Assembly (NCBI GenBank): GCA_001643675.2
Contig: LSRY02000009.1
Span: forward strand, 992,001 to 1,056,000
DNA length: 64,000 nt
From: Monocercomonoides exilis PA203
Taxonomy: Eukaryota; Protista; Preaxostyla
Direction: 5' to 3'
Shown one piece after another: positions 51,958 to 64,000 of this stretch. The number at the start of each line of letters is the position of its first letter. Within the stretch, counting starts at the first letter, position 1. Under the pieces are notes generated by a model that was given only the letters and a program-made list of their open reading frames with translations, was not told the DNA's origin and did not search any database. The position numbers and the translations under genes are program-made.

Positions 51958-53861
51958 GAAATTTGTAACCCGTCTTGACTAAGATAGCTTCCTGGTCCGC
52001 ACAATCTCGTTGATTTTGTGTTTTCTTTTGTCGCGAAGGCATCGAGTGTGATAAGCATCTGAAGCTGATTGGGGATCTCTTCGAGTGCTTCTTGTTCGAC
52101 TTCGTAATCTCCTCCTTTTGTCAATCTCGATAGTCCATCTGCTCTGACGTTTCTCTCTCCGGAAATATGTTGAGCTTTCACAACAACTTTCAGTGCTTGG
52201 GTTTGATTCCACATTTTCTTCTGAAGGGTTCTGAGATTCGGACCCGCTCCCCTTCGATTCAGATTGCAAACTGCTGTTGTGTTGTCTGATCGAATAAGCA
52301 GATTTCCTATTTCTTGATTTCGAACGGAATTTGAGAAATGCGCGATGGCTTGATTTATTGCGAATAGCTCTCTGTAATATGAACTTTGGTTTCTGATTGG
52401 AGGTGGAAGAGGTTTGTGAAAGTCCAGCATTTGATTGTTGATTTTTTGTGTTGCGCCCATGGCAAACCCTGATGCATCTGTCGTAATAATTGCTTCTGGT
52501 CGATACACTGGATTCAATTTCCTTGGTTGGTTCTCTTTCAGCCTTTCGCTCCACTTTCTGAGGCAATTTGTTATCGATGCATTCACGCGCATTTTTCCTT
52601 TCCATCCATTCAGACTCAAAGCTTTGTTTAGGAGTTTGTACAGTTGTGACAAATTCAGGGAGGCTTCTTGATACACGAATCTGGTTGCAATTTGTTTCCC
52701 TATCAACGAGGTGGACTTCTTTTTCGATACAACTCTGTTGTACTGGGCAATCCTCCTCCATTTCTTGCACTCTTTCATCAGTTCGGTTTTCTTCGATTCC
52801 TCTATCTGCACCACAAACTGATTAGTATCCCATTGGAAGCCCAAAAATTTGAACTGCTGACTTGGAATTAAATGACATTTTTCTGAATTGACTAATAGTC
52901 CCAATTTGTTTAACATCAATAGGGTTTTCTCCACAATAATATTGATTTCCTGTGGGTGTGAATGAAGAAGAACAATATCGTCCAGGTATGCAATTGTTAT
53001 CACACCCCATTCCTCCCTCATGTATTCTAGGACTTTTCTCATCACTTTTGTGAACGTTCGAGGAGCATCTTTGTATCAGAAAGGCATTCCGTGGAAAGCG
53101 TAGTATTTTCCTTTGAAAACGAATGAAAGGAATGGAGATAATTCTTAGCTGATTTTAATAAGATAATAAGCTTGGCTAAAGTCCATCGTGACTGCGTAAT
53201 CCTTTTCTTGAATAATTTTCTACACTGTTCTGTGGTCTTCTTGCTTGTAATAAATTGTCTTGATTGCATTGTTGAGTCTTCTGCAATCCACGATTTGCCT
53301 CCAGCCACCGTCTTTCTTTCTGATAACAAACACTGGATTCAAATGCTTCACATCCTTCTCCTGAATCGGTTTGATGATATTTGTTTCCAGTTGCTTCTTG
53401 ATCATCTCTGAAAAGGCTTGTTGGGCTTCTTGACTCTGATGCTCCAAAGGGTTGAATACTCCTGTTTTCTTGAGTGATTCCTTCGCGGCTTTGCTCCTCC
53501 AAGCAGGGATCACTCCTTTCCCAATAATTCGTTCTCCTCCAATTTTTTCCCATTCTTCTCGAAATAAACAAGTTCTTCCTCCAACCATTGCCTCTTGTCG
53601 GACTTCTGTGGGCTGTAGAATGCTGTTCGTTTTCTCTATTGGAATTTTCGCTCCCCTGATTGTCTTCTTGAAGCGAAACTTGAAGCTCTTGTCCGCAGCC
53701 GGCTTTGGTTTTGTTGTCTTGACAACCAGGGAGCTGCTTGAAAAAATTTCTTGCTTACTGATCTTCTGGTTGGAATTGTTCTGACTCTTATCGAACTTCT
53801 TCTCACAGGCCAACTTGTTGTTTGCAGCTTGAATAGTTGACTCTTTTCTGTTTTTCTCCAT
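51693..53861 (-). pseudogene. RT-RNase H-adenine-methylase-like pol of DIRS-B
   Basis: One frame with TAG 53222-53220, TAA 53147-53145 and TGA 53078-53076. RT: LNPVFVIRKKDGGWRQIVDCR, AYLDDI. RH: TTDASG, RSDNTTAV, ADGLSR. MT-like: LDAFATKEN..W..HPP. Confidence 0.9.
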
Positions 53862-54530
53862 TCTTCAAGAACTTCTGATTGCCTTTGAGTAAGAAGACTG
53901 GTAGCTGCACTCTCCTTCATCTGTGCAGCTGCCCTAAAGCCGAATCTTCCTTGAATTCTTACAGTTCTTGCTTCCTTCGGAGCATTTGAAACTAATAAAA
54001 TTGTATCTGCAATTGATCCTTTTTCGACATCTTTTTCTTTTAATTTCGCATGTGTGTGAAGCAGGAATTTAATGGCTGGATATAGAAATGCTTCAGTGCG
54101 CTCACCAGCCTTATCCAATGCGTCATTCATCCAATTATCTGTTCTCGAAGCTGTAGGAGGAACCTTTAGCAGAAATGGACTTAAATCTTCTTCCTTCAGG
54201 TCAATAATAAGATCTTCCAAATATGTCTAAATTTTTTTGTAAAGTTCCTTTTGTTAAATTATCAAATAAAATAAAATATTACGTATTTCAATCAAATTTC
54301 TGTTCCCACTCACGAAACTTCACTAAAAGGGAAATATAAACATTATAAAAGTTTTTTTTCATATTGACAGAATTTGGTGAGTGGGAACAGAAATTTGAAC
54401 GAAACATGAAATTTTTATTTTATTTGAAAATCAAACAAAAGGAAGTTTACAGAAAAATTAAGACATATCTTTCTGGTAAATCCATATCATATAAGCTGCA
54501 ATCCGGATCTCTGAGAAATATTGTTTTTTA
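53636..54530 (-). pseudogene. gag-like ORF1 of DIRS-B, interrupted by a MITE
   Basis: Lies upstream of and overlaps pol. Removing 54225-54468 restores ..DMDLPERY-LEDLIIDL.. in frame. Confidence 0.65.
54225..54464. mobile_element. foldback MITE, 240 bp, ~90-bp imperfect TIRs, ATAT (or TA) target duplication
   Basis: GTCTAAATTTT..TCAAATTTCTGTTCCCACTCAC mirrored by GTGAGTGGGAACAGAAATTTGA..AATTAAGAC. ATAT at 54221-54224 and 54465-54468. Confidence 0.88.
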
Positions 54531-54978
54531 ACAACTTTCCAGAAGCAAACTATCCTCACAGTGGCTTTCTTTTGCTTCTGAAGCTCCCGGAAACTGTTGG
54601 GAAAATTCAGAACTGGAATGAGAAATCGAACTTGAAAACATCTCTCCCGGAGGTCCATCTAACATCATTTATGAAGCAGAATTCAACGCTGGTCCAGTGC
54701 TGAGTGGAGAGCTATGGAGCATTCTTTTTTCAGATTCGCCGTGACTGACCCTTAAGTGATACTCTCAGATCGAAGAGAAGAAAGTGAATGAATGTTTTCT
54801 TGCAAGTCAAAATGCTTGCGTTTTGATTAGTCGCAAAAATCACGATTATATTGAAATATATATTTTTAGAAAGAAAAAAAATTAATTTGAATGCAAACTT
54901 TCTCATATTTAATTATTATTGGTGTAATTGTTAAATAAATGTCATGTGAAGCCATCTTAAAAATCAGAATATGAGGAG

Positions 54979-55265
54979 GAGAAAGAAGAAGAAGAAGAAG
55001 AAGAAGAAGAAGAAGAAGAAGAAGAAGAAGAAGAAGAAGAAGAAAAAGAAGAAGAAGAAGAAGAAGAAGAAGAAAAAGAAGAAGAAGAAGAAGAAGAAGA
55101 AGAAGAAGAAGAAGAAGAAAAAGAAGAAGAAGAAGAAGAAGAAGAAAAAGAAGAAGAAGAAGAAGAAGAAAGAGAAGGAGAAGAAAAAGAAGAAGAAGAA
55201 GAAGAAGAAGAAGAAGAAGATGATGATGATGATGATGATGATGAATGAATGAATGAATGAATGAA
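54979..55265. repeat. (GAA)n microsatellite grading into (GAT)n and (GAAT)n
   Basis: Directly visible. Confidence 0.95.
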
Positions 55266-57162
55266 GGTGTTAATTTTCATGTCTTTCATCAGATGAATTT
55301 GTTGAGAGACAAATGAGAAGATCAATTCAGAATTGGTGAGCGCTGCAGTTGCTGTCATCTGCTCAATCATCTGGCCAAAATGACAAATACACAGCAACCT
55401 TCATTCTCTTTGCAGACATTTCAATAAAGGTACAAATGTTTGCCTTTCCAATCTCAAAAGCTGAAAGTCTGTGAAACTCCAATTTCAGATGAAAAACGGA
55501 TCTGAAAGTTTTATTTTTTTGTTGAGTTTTCTTGCCTCTCTTCATTTCCCTTTCGAAAATAAATAAAATAAAATAAAATAAAATAAAATGCATTTTCAAC
55601 ATTCACTAAAAGTGTCAATTCTCAAACAAATTTCTTTGTTTCCATTTCATTTCTCCAGCAATCTCTGATTCAGATATCAAATGCAAAGATATTCTATAAG
55701 ACGATATGAATCATGATAATGTAGAAAAAGCTGCGTGAAATGTTGATGCATTTGAAGCAAATGTAGAAAATGACGACGAATGAATTGCATGAAATGGTAA
55801 ATTGAAGTTCGAAAATTGAGAAGATGAGAGCCAATTGATGTCAACGGAGAAATTCATTGAAATTCTCTTCTTCTTTCCTTTTTTTCTTCTTCTGCCGAGG
55901 AGAAACCTCTGAATCCTTTTCACTTTCAGCTCAATCTCTTTCCCTCTCTTTAGCAAAGAATAGGAAATATTGAGTAATCTCTTTTTCATTTCATCTCTAA
56001 AGCTTTCAATTCCCCTTCTCTTACAAAAAATCATCTTTCCTCAAAAATAATTCTTTGTCAAAGCCCAATGCCAGGCATCTTCGAAATATCTTGAATTTCA
56101 TCTGTCTGTCTGCATTTTTCTTCCCCACTTTTCTTTTTCTTGTTCAAAGCCAGCTTATCTTTCGCTCTATCAACTTCCTGAACTAAAAATAATCGCTTCA
56201 AAAAAATAACAACAGTTAACCTTATAAACATTTTTAAAGGCAATTTTCTGTTTTATATTCAGTTGGCAACTGCTTTCTTCAATTCAATTTCATTATTCCT
56301 CCATTTTAAATTGTTTCATCATCTAATTCGCTTATTATCCTTTTCAGATGTCATTTCCCCCTCAAAGGAGTCGACTTTTGACTTACCGAGGAAAAGAAAG
56401 ACCTTTATTATCTTTTCAATTCCATCCTGCATCATCGAAAAATTAAACAAAATCCAACGGTCATCCAATATCTCCTTCTTGAACAGAAGATACTGCACAA
56501 ATTTTCCTCACTCGAAATTCTGCACTGAAAGGCGGATGCAGCCATTTATAATAAAATGTCATGTTTCTGGTTCCTGAAATGATGGTGAACAGAGACATTT
56601 TCAAAATGAATAGGAGTTATATAAGGGCATACGTGATGTTGTGTCTATCAATAATTTATAACTGTAACTGTTTGGTCGCACATAAATGAAAAACAACGCA
56701 TCAATTAACCAAAACGAATATGTCGTCATCAATGAAACATAAAGTCATATGAAAAAACTGTTCTTATAATGACAATATATTTCATTCGTCAATTTTTCAT
56801 TTAAACAGGGAATATTTTTGTTCGAAGAAAACGATACGATCAATGCATCCATTACAGCAAACAAAAGAAGAAAAAGATTTTTTTTTCTTCATGAAACATT
56901 GCCAAAATGTTAGCACGAGATGAAACGGTGTGAATTCATAGATTGTTGTGATTGTTTTGTGTTTTTATTTTTCATCTGCTTCTTCTATTCGATCATTCAC
57001 GAATTCAATGTGAATGATAAAAATGCTGTTGTTTTCTGGTACATTATTTCTTTAAAAACACAGACGGAATTCAACACAAAAAAATTCACTGGTTTGCAGA
57101 TATTGTTATGCTTGAATCCTTGATTGTTGAGGTTTTATTTTATTATTTATATTTGTTTGAAG

Positions 57163-58444
57163 AGTTGCTTTCTGAGCTTGAAGATTGCAATGATAACGAG
57201 CAGAAGCAAAAAATCATTGAAATGAATGAACTTATGGACGAAATGGAAAGTATGAATTCAGATCAATATTAAGAATCGAGCAATTCGAAAAAATTCAGAA
57301 AATGATTGATGAAAAGAAAATGAATTTTGGAAATGTGATTCTGCTTTTGAAGCACATTGGCTATTGTGAAATGTTAAAGCGCACATCCAACTCAAATTTT
57401 GGAAATTCTTCATAGGGAAAAAGTTTTGCCGAAATGTTGATTTTGAAAAGGAGAAAAAAGAAGAAAAGAATGAAAAACTTTTGGCTGACCTTTGCAAATG
57501 CTATACAATGCTCAGTAATCATAACCTTAGAAAGGAATTGCTTTCAATTTGTCTGTCTAGCCTTTTGAAAGCAGCTTTGAACAAAGATGATAGTGAGGAG
57601 ACTCGAAAAGAAGTGGAAATTGCTTTGCTAGCATTGAGCAAAATTGAAGGATATCATGTGTGCTCTTTTTCTCTTTCTTTTTGTATTTTAGTATTTTTCT
57701 TTTCTTTTTTCTTTTTCTTTCTTTTTTTTTTAACAGAAAATAGAAAAGAAGCCGTATTTAGAAGAAATGAAAGAAATGGTCTAATATCATCAGAATTATC
57801 GAAACCTTTCCTGCCTTTCCTATCAGTCGGCTTGGAAATTTTTAATTTTCAGATTACTCAAAAACAGACATTTGGAAGATAATATTGTGGATGCAACGCA
57901 TTTTGCGAGAGAGGCAACAAAAGAATTGGAAGCGCTGATTTAATGTGTGGATTGGAAAAGAAAAGAAGAAGCGAATGAAGTGCTGGTATTCAGGAGATGG
58001 ATTAAAACAATTGAGATTTATTTTCGCTATTGTCAATTGCAGACTGAAGAATATGTTTGTCTTTTCATCAGAATTGTTCAGATATATCGAGTTGCAAGAG
58101 AAAACAAAAGTGAAATAAGCGATTGGTGCATTCATTCCTTGAGAGAAGCAACTGAAAGAAGAATTGTGAAAATTGAAGCTTTTTTGAAAAGTGGTGCTAT
58201 TGATGCTGTTTTTGAGGAAATTCAGCAACAGACAGTGGATGACGGAATGATATTTGATTGCTTGGAATTTTTTGAGAACATTTCAAGTAAATTGAAAGAA
58301 AAGAAGAAAGATGACAGGGAAGAAGCGAAAAGAAAGGCTATAAAAAAAGAGTATTTGGAAAAGATGGAAGAAGAAGGATACGAAGATATCATCACAAGCT
58401 TTCAAGAAATTATTGATTTCCTTGACTTAGGATTCCATTATTAA
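57163..58444 (+). pseudogene. helical-repeat multigene family member, copy 3
   Basis: Homology to copies 1 and 2; intron 57658-57736; frameshifts in the 5' part and in-frame TAA codons in the last exon. Confidence 0.78.
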
Positions 58445-58875
58445 TCGTTTGAGATTTCTGATTATTTTGTTCATTCTTGAGAAAGTGAAATGCACTTCAC
58501 TTTGTAACTCAAAAAATATCTTTAATTTTTTTATATTTTTCAAAACGCAATTTTGCAGGCATTTGAGTATTTTTTGTCTTTTTTCAACACACTTTGGAAA
58601 GCAGCAAAGCAAAGAAAGAAGGAAGGAAGGAATCACAAATGATTGTTTCATATATTTAGTATTCTTGAAGAAGAGGGAAAAAAGTTGAAATATGTTTTAA
58701 AGAAATAAAAAAATACTCTCTTTATTGGATTTGAAATGCGAAAAAAATCAAATTCAAAAGACGAAGAAAGTTGATTTTCGAAAAAATAACATCAACTTTT
58801 CTTGAAAACAGAAAAAAGAAGAACAGGTATTTTGTTCAAATCAAATGAAGTGGAAAGACGAAAACACAAGATGAA

Positions 58876-59886
58876 TCAAAAAGTCAATGATTCAGCAACA
58901 AACAAAATAATCACCAATGAATGGAACCAACTTACAGACAAAGCTCTGTTTTGTAATCTTGCAACAACTGAACTGATGATACAATCTTCGTATACTTCTT
59001 CTTCCATCTTTTCAAGCACTTTCCTTTTCAACTCTTTTCTTTTCGCTTCATCACTTACGATTTCTCTTTCGCTTTTCAATCTTTCGCAAATACCTTTGAA
59101 ATAAGTCAAGCAATTCACAGTTTGAATATAGCCCATATGTGATTGAGAAACCACCCTCAAAAATACATCAACAGTTTCGCTTTCCAACAAGTCTTCAATC
59201 TTCACGGCTCTGTTTTCTGCAGCTTTGCTCAATGGACTAATGCACTGATCACAAATTCCTCGATAATTCTCCTTTGATGCTCGAAATATCTGAACAATGC
59301 TTGTGATAAGCTCAGCTAATTCTTTATTCGGCAATCTGCAATCAGAAAAGAAAGAACCAATCATATCAAGCCATCTCATCAAAGCAAGCTCTTCCAGAGT
59401 CTTTTTTCCCCTTTCCTCCCCTCTTTTTCTCTTCAAATTTTCTCTCTTTGAAAACTCCTTCAATTCTCTTGATGCTTCTCTGGTAAAATGCAGCTCATTC
59501 GCAATTAAGTTTTCCAAGCTTTTGTCTTTGTGTTATCGATTAATCAAAAATTTCCAAGCACACTGATGAGCAAGTTGAGTGTGATCGTGATGCTCCTGGT
59601 GATTTTTGATGATTTCTGTCATCTTTTCCAAGAAAAGTTCTTGTTCCACTTTCTGATGAAAAATAAGGAGGAAAAAATAAATCTCATCAAAAATGGGAAA
59701 TAGAAATGCTCATTCAGTTCCATCATCAATGTAACTTGAACATGATAAAGCCAGTTCCACTTCTTTTTGTGTTTCCTCGTTTTCCTCTTTCTTCAATGCA
59801 ACTTTCAGAAGGCAAGACAAGCAAATTGAAAGCAATTTCGAATCGAACTTGTTGCCAAGCAAAAGATAGCTTTGGCGTAGATCAAC
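58876..59886 (-). pseudogene. helical-repeat multigene family member, copy 4, 5'-truncated
   Basis: LLSICLSCLLKVALKKEENEETQKEVELAL and KVLEKMEEEVYED. Similarity stops abruptly at the DIRS remnant near 59887. Confidence 0.75.
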
Positions 59887-60145
59887 AATTTGCAATTCAG
59901 TGAATTATTACATTCAAGGAGCAGGTTTGCTCAACAATAATGATGAGATAATAGTACGTTTAATGGGTGGTTTGAAATCTGATTTCGCTTCAACTCAAAT
60001 TCAATGGAGAAGTTTGATGTCATTAAGTTTCATAGATCAACAACCAATGAGAAGCTTACACGTGGATGGTGAGGAAAAGGAATTTGATCTTCTTTTAATG
60101 ATGGAAAAAGTTCAAAAAATAATTGAAGAGTTATACAAGAGCTGA
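59887..60145 (+). mobile_element. 5' remnant (left ITR and ORF1 start) of a DIRS-A-related element
   Basis: AATTTGCAATTCAGTGAAT..CAAGGAGCAGGTTTGCTC..ATGGGTGGTTT resembles the 47070 terminus. The peptide MGGLKSDF..QIQWRSL..QQP..FD..IIEEL aligns with DIRS-A ORF1 (MGGLRTNF..*IQRRSL..QQP..FD..IIEEL). Confidence 0.75.
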
Positions 60146-60612
60146 GCCTGAATTTCATCATCAAGGATAATAGATTGTGTACAGATAAGAAAGGAAAAGA
60201 GAGAGAGAGAGAGCAGAAAAAGAGAAGCTCTCGGTCAAGATCATTTTCTTCGGAATATGGATCAAGTTATAAAAGTTGCATGCCACAGAAAAAACACAGA
60301 CAACTCCAATGGAACATTCGCGCATCCCCTCGGACCAAGTGTTTTGATGGAGAGGTGGATAGTTATTGGGATTCCGAGGAGGAGGAAGAGGAAGAGGAAA
60401 ACCTAGACTTTGCAAAAAAAATCCAAGCAAATGGCTGTCACTTCGAAAGCAGGTGGGAGAGCACTGGAAGTTTATCAAGTTATGCAAGGCATTTTCTGTG
60501 AGAATAAGCGAGGACAGTCTAAATGGGATATAATCACATCGGTTTTAGCATGACTTTTTGCGACTATATCCAATTGCGATTACACTCAATTTCGTTTTTA
60601 ATAGAAAAAAAA

Positions 60613-62822
60613 TAATTACCATTGGTGCCAAACCCTGAACCTGGTGCCAAACCCGGAACTGGCAAATATTTGTGTAATTTGAAAAAAATAATAACTTATT
60701 GCAAACAAAGAACGAAGAGCTCTCATTCAAAATTTGACTATGCCTATTATTATTTATTTATATTTTTTAATCAAAAACGCTAATACATTCGTATTCATAA
60801 AAATTGTTTAATTCATCAATTATCCAAAAATAAATATTGTAAACAAGATAACAATAAAAATAAAATATCATATCACGATTTGTTTTATATATGTGAATAA
60901 AAAATCAATATGTGTTAAAAAATATTTGTGATTCACATGACAAAATAATTTTTTCACATTTGATCATAACCATAAGAATGTGAAAAGTTATTGGCAAGCT
61001 CAACCACAACTTGCGAGAGAGGTTTGCATTAAATATTTCAAGAAGCCTTTAATAACAATTTATCTTTCTTTTAATTTACAACTATAATTTTATGAATACG
61101 TCTGCCAGATACCTGTTTTGTCTCAAGCATGCTTTTTTGGTAGCAGACGTTCCAAAAGAAAAGGTTACAGTCTGTTATTTTTGGAATGAAATTTATTCTA
61201 TTATTGTTTGTTATGCCTCACTTTTAAAAGCTTCAAAAATGGGGCTATAACTGCAGTGTTTATTGTATATTTTTTTAAAGTTTGTTGGTATTTAATTTGT
61301 TCAATGATAAGCCAAACTTTGTTTATATGGTATTTATACTAATGACTTACTGTAGTTAATATTTTGATTCAAATAAATACATATTCAGCTATTAATTAAG
61401 TTGATATTATTTATTAAAATTTGTTCAATTCTTTCTATATTCAATTATCGTACTCGATCTACAATAAAATTTCTTGTGCATTTTCTCAATACATTATGTT
61501 TGCTGGTGTTTTATCTCAAAATTCTTTATTTTCACAAAAATATACGATGCATTTTCTTTATCAATTTTTGAGTATTTTTTAGTATTATATTTCATAATTC
61601 ATTTTTTATTTGTTTGTACAATTTCATTACATATATAAATATTAACTTGTTTTATTCAATCAACATATATTGTTTTTTCCTCATGTTAATGAATTTCTCT
61701 TCAAAGAAATACAGTTTAAAAATTTGATAATTAAATAAATTGAAAAAATGATAAAGTTTAACATCAATTATTGGATATTATCTTGATTAATAAAATTATA
61801 AATGACATATTGTTCGAAGTTTAAAAAATACCACTTTGAATCATATAAAATTAATAAAATTACACAAAAATTGATAAAGAAAATGCATCGTATATTTTTG
61901 TGAAAATAAAGAATTTTGAGATAAAACACCAGCAAACATAATGTATTGAGAAAATGCACAAGAAATTTTATTGTAGATCGAGTACGATAATTGAATATAG
62001 AAAGAATTGAACAAATTTTAATAAATAATATCAACTTAATTAATAGCTGAATATGTATTTATTTGAATCAAAATATTAACTACAGTAAGTCATTAGTATA
62101 AATACCATATAAACAAAGTTTGGCTTATCATTGAACAAATTAAATACCAACAAACTTTAAAAAAATATACAATAAACACTGCAGTTATAGCCCCATTTTT
62201 GAAGCTTTTAAAAGTGAGGCATAACAAACAATAATAGAATAAATTTCATTCCAAAAATAACAGACTGTAACCTTTTCTTTTGGAACGTCTGCTACCAAAA
62301 AAGCATGCTTGAGACAAAACAGGTATCTGGCAGACGTATTCATAAAATTATAGTTGTAAATTAAAAGAAAGATAAATTGTTATTAAAGGCTTCTTGAAAT
62401 ATTTAATGCAAACCTCTCTCGCAAGTTGTGGTTGAGCTTGCCAATAACTTTTCACATTCTTATGGTTATGATCAAATGTGAAAAAATTATTTTGTCATGT
62501 GAATCACAAATATTTTTTAACACATATTGATTTTTTATTCACATATATAAAACAAATCGTGATATGATATTTTATTTTTATTGTTATCTTGTTTACAATA
62601 TTTATTTTTGGATAATTGATGAATTAAACAATTTTTATGAATACGAATGTATTAGCGTTTTTGATTAAAAAATATAAATAAATAATAATAGGCATAGTCA
62701 AATTTTGAATGAGAGCTCTTCGTTCTTTGTTTGCAATAAGTTATTATTTTTTTCAAATTACACAAATATTTGCCAGTTCCGGGTTTGGCACCAGGTTCAG
62801 GGTTTGGCACCAATGGTAATTA
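60613..62822. mobile_element. non-coding foldback element: 958-bp inverted arms with 294-bp spacer
   Basis: 60613-61570 is the reverse complement of 61865-62822 with no net indel. TAATTA at both edges. Terminal 19-bp-period direct repeats TGGTGCCAAACCC[T/G]GAAC. Confidence 0.88.
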
Positions 62823-64000
62823 ATTATGGTTCAATTTCTAAATTTTTTTTTTGATATTCTTCACAACGACACTTTTTTCAACATCAACAACAATTTTTTT
62901 ATAAATACACATAATTCAGTTTTATTAAAAAATCTTTGAGAAATATTGAAAAATCGATATTATATGATCAAAAATTCAATTTTTCAATGAAAAATGAACC
63001 CATTAAGAGACAAAATGCAATTTAATATATTTGGTCCTGTGATTATATGCAATGAAAAATAAATGGAAATAAATTCAAAAAATGTTATAATAAACAAATG
63101 TGTTTGTGCTCGATGTGATTATTTCCTGTTTTGACTGTATTGTTTTTTGGGTGTGGATTTCAATAAAGTCTTTTTGTCACAATCTTGAAAATAATCATTG
63201 ACATGTGAAATACATCACAGCTATAACAGAAGCTTATGCACAAGATGAAAGAAAGATGAAGATATCTTTGTACGGTATTGTTTCTTCTCAGTGATCATTT
63301 GAAACCAATCACAACAAAACTTCACACAAAAATTATCAACATCCAAAATATTATTTCAATAACAATTACCCACATATCTTTCAAACAGTCCAAAGTGAGT
63401 TATTCATTTTGAACACTAACTTTTGATATTGGTGATTGTCTGTTTTGATGAATGAATGATTCTGTCAAAATTCACAAAAATCAGATTTTCCATTATCACC
63501 TCTGAAAGATATGAGAATTTTTGATGAAAATGTTTCTTTTCACTGTTGTGTTTATTGATTCCCATTGAAAATGCGGGATGCCCAACTATTGTGATGGTTC
63601 CAAATTTGGGACGAAATTTTTGGTTTTTTGAAAAATAATAAGGATTTGTTCACAACTTTTTCTGCAATTATTTCATAATAAATCTTCTGTAACAATGAAA
63701 AAAATTCAGAAAAATTCAAAAGTTGAGAAAAAAATTATAGGAAATATTGTGTGGAACAAAATTGGAAAATGATAAAATTTTATCCCAATTTGTTTTGAAC
63801 AGATACTCCTAAAATGGGCATGATCAAATCAGATTTTTGATTGAATCTTCTTATTTCCGATTTGACGATGAATAAAGAACTTTCGAGCGAATTCTACAAA
63901 GCATTTGGAGAGCATCCGCAGAATTATTTGTCCTTGCCATTTCCAGTTCAGCTTGGGTGTGCTTGTGTTTTTGTGCTTTTGTTGTTGTTGAAATGGTGTT

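Larger units (their letters stand above)
50329..54789 (-). mobile_element. DIRS-like retrotransposon family B (gag, RT-RH-MT, YR)
   Basis: 28/29-bp inverted repeat 50329-50357 vs 54761-54789, with degenerate similarity extending about 70 bp outward. Complete ORF set between the repeats. Confidence 0.85.

Noticed and set aside
54957-55397. Poly-Lys / poly-Ser ORFs
   Set aside because: Translations of the (GAA)n microsatellite.
60623-60663. Tandem 19-bp repeats as a CRISPR-like array (also 2978-3014)
   Set aside because: Only two adjacent units with no spacers. They are TIR sub-repeats in a eukaryotic genome.
1-64000. Alternative genetic code (TAA/TAG=Gln as in Streblomastix, or TGA reassignment) to explain in-frame stops
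   Set aside because: Some TAA align with Gln (49190, DIRS-A ORF1), but TAG aligns with Leu (11081) and TGA with Cys, Trp and Gly in different places. Long intact ORFs contain no internal TAR codons and end in TAA/TAG. Ordinary decay fits better.
62900-64000. Possible minus-strand coding remnant at the window end
   Set aside because: The frames I translated are interrupted by stops and have no recognisable motif.

Overview
AT-rich eukaryotic (protist) DNA with GT-AG introns, microsatellites and a high load of transposons and pseudogenes. The expanded gene families resemble those of the oxymonad Monocercomonoides (inference). Mobile elements: (1) a 6.1-kb pogo-like DD35D transposon with an intact transposase, perfect 48-bp TIRs and host surface-protein fragments inside; (2) a decayed, intron-containing Sola-like DDD transposase with a ubiquitin-specific protease (USP/C19) domain embedded in it, the most unusual item in the window; (3) DIRS-type tyrosine-recombinase retrotransposons: a full-length family-A copy with ITR/ICR architecture, an inverted partial copy homogenised with it over about 2.7 kb, a 5' remnant, and a divergent family-B element; (4) two MITEs and a 2.2-kb foldback element with 958-bp arms. 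Host content: a GT32/DxD-type glycosyltransferase, a low-complexity coiled-coil gene, four disabled copies of one helical-repeat family and several uninterpretable decayed coding segments. No rRNA, tRNA or CRISPR was recognised.
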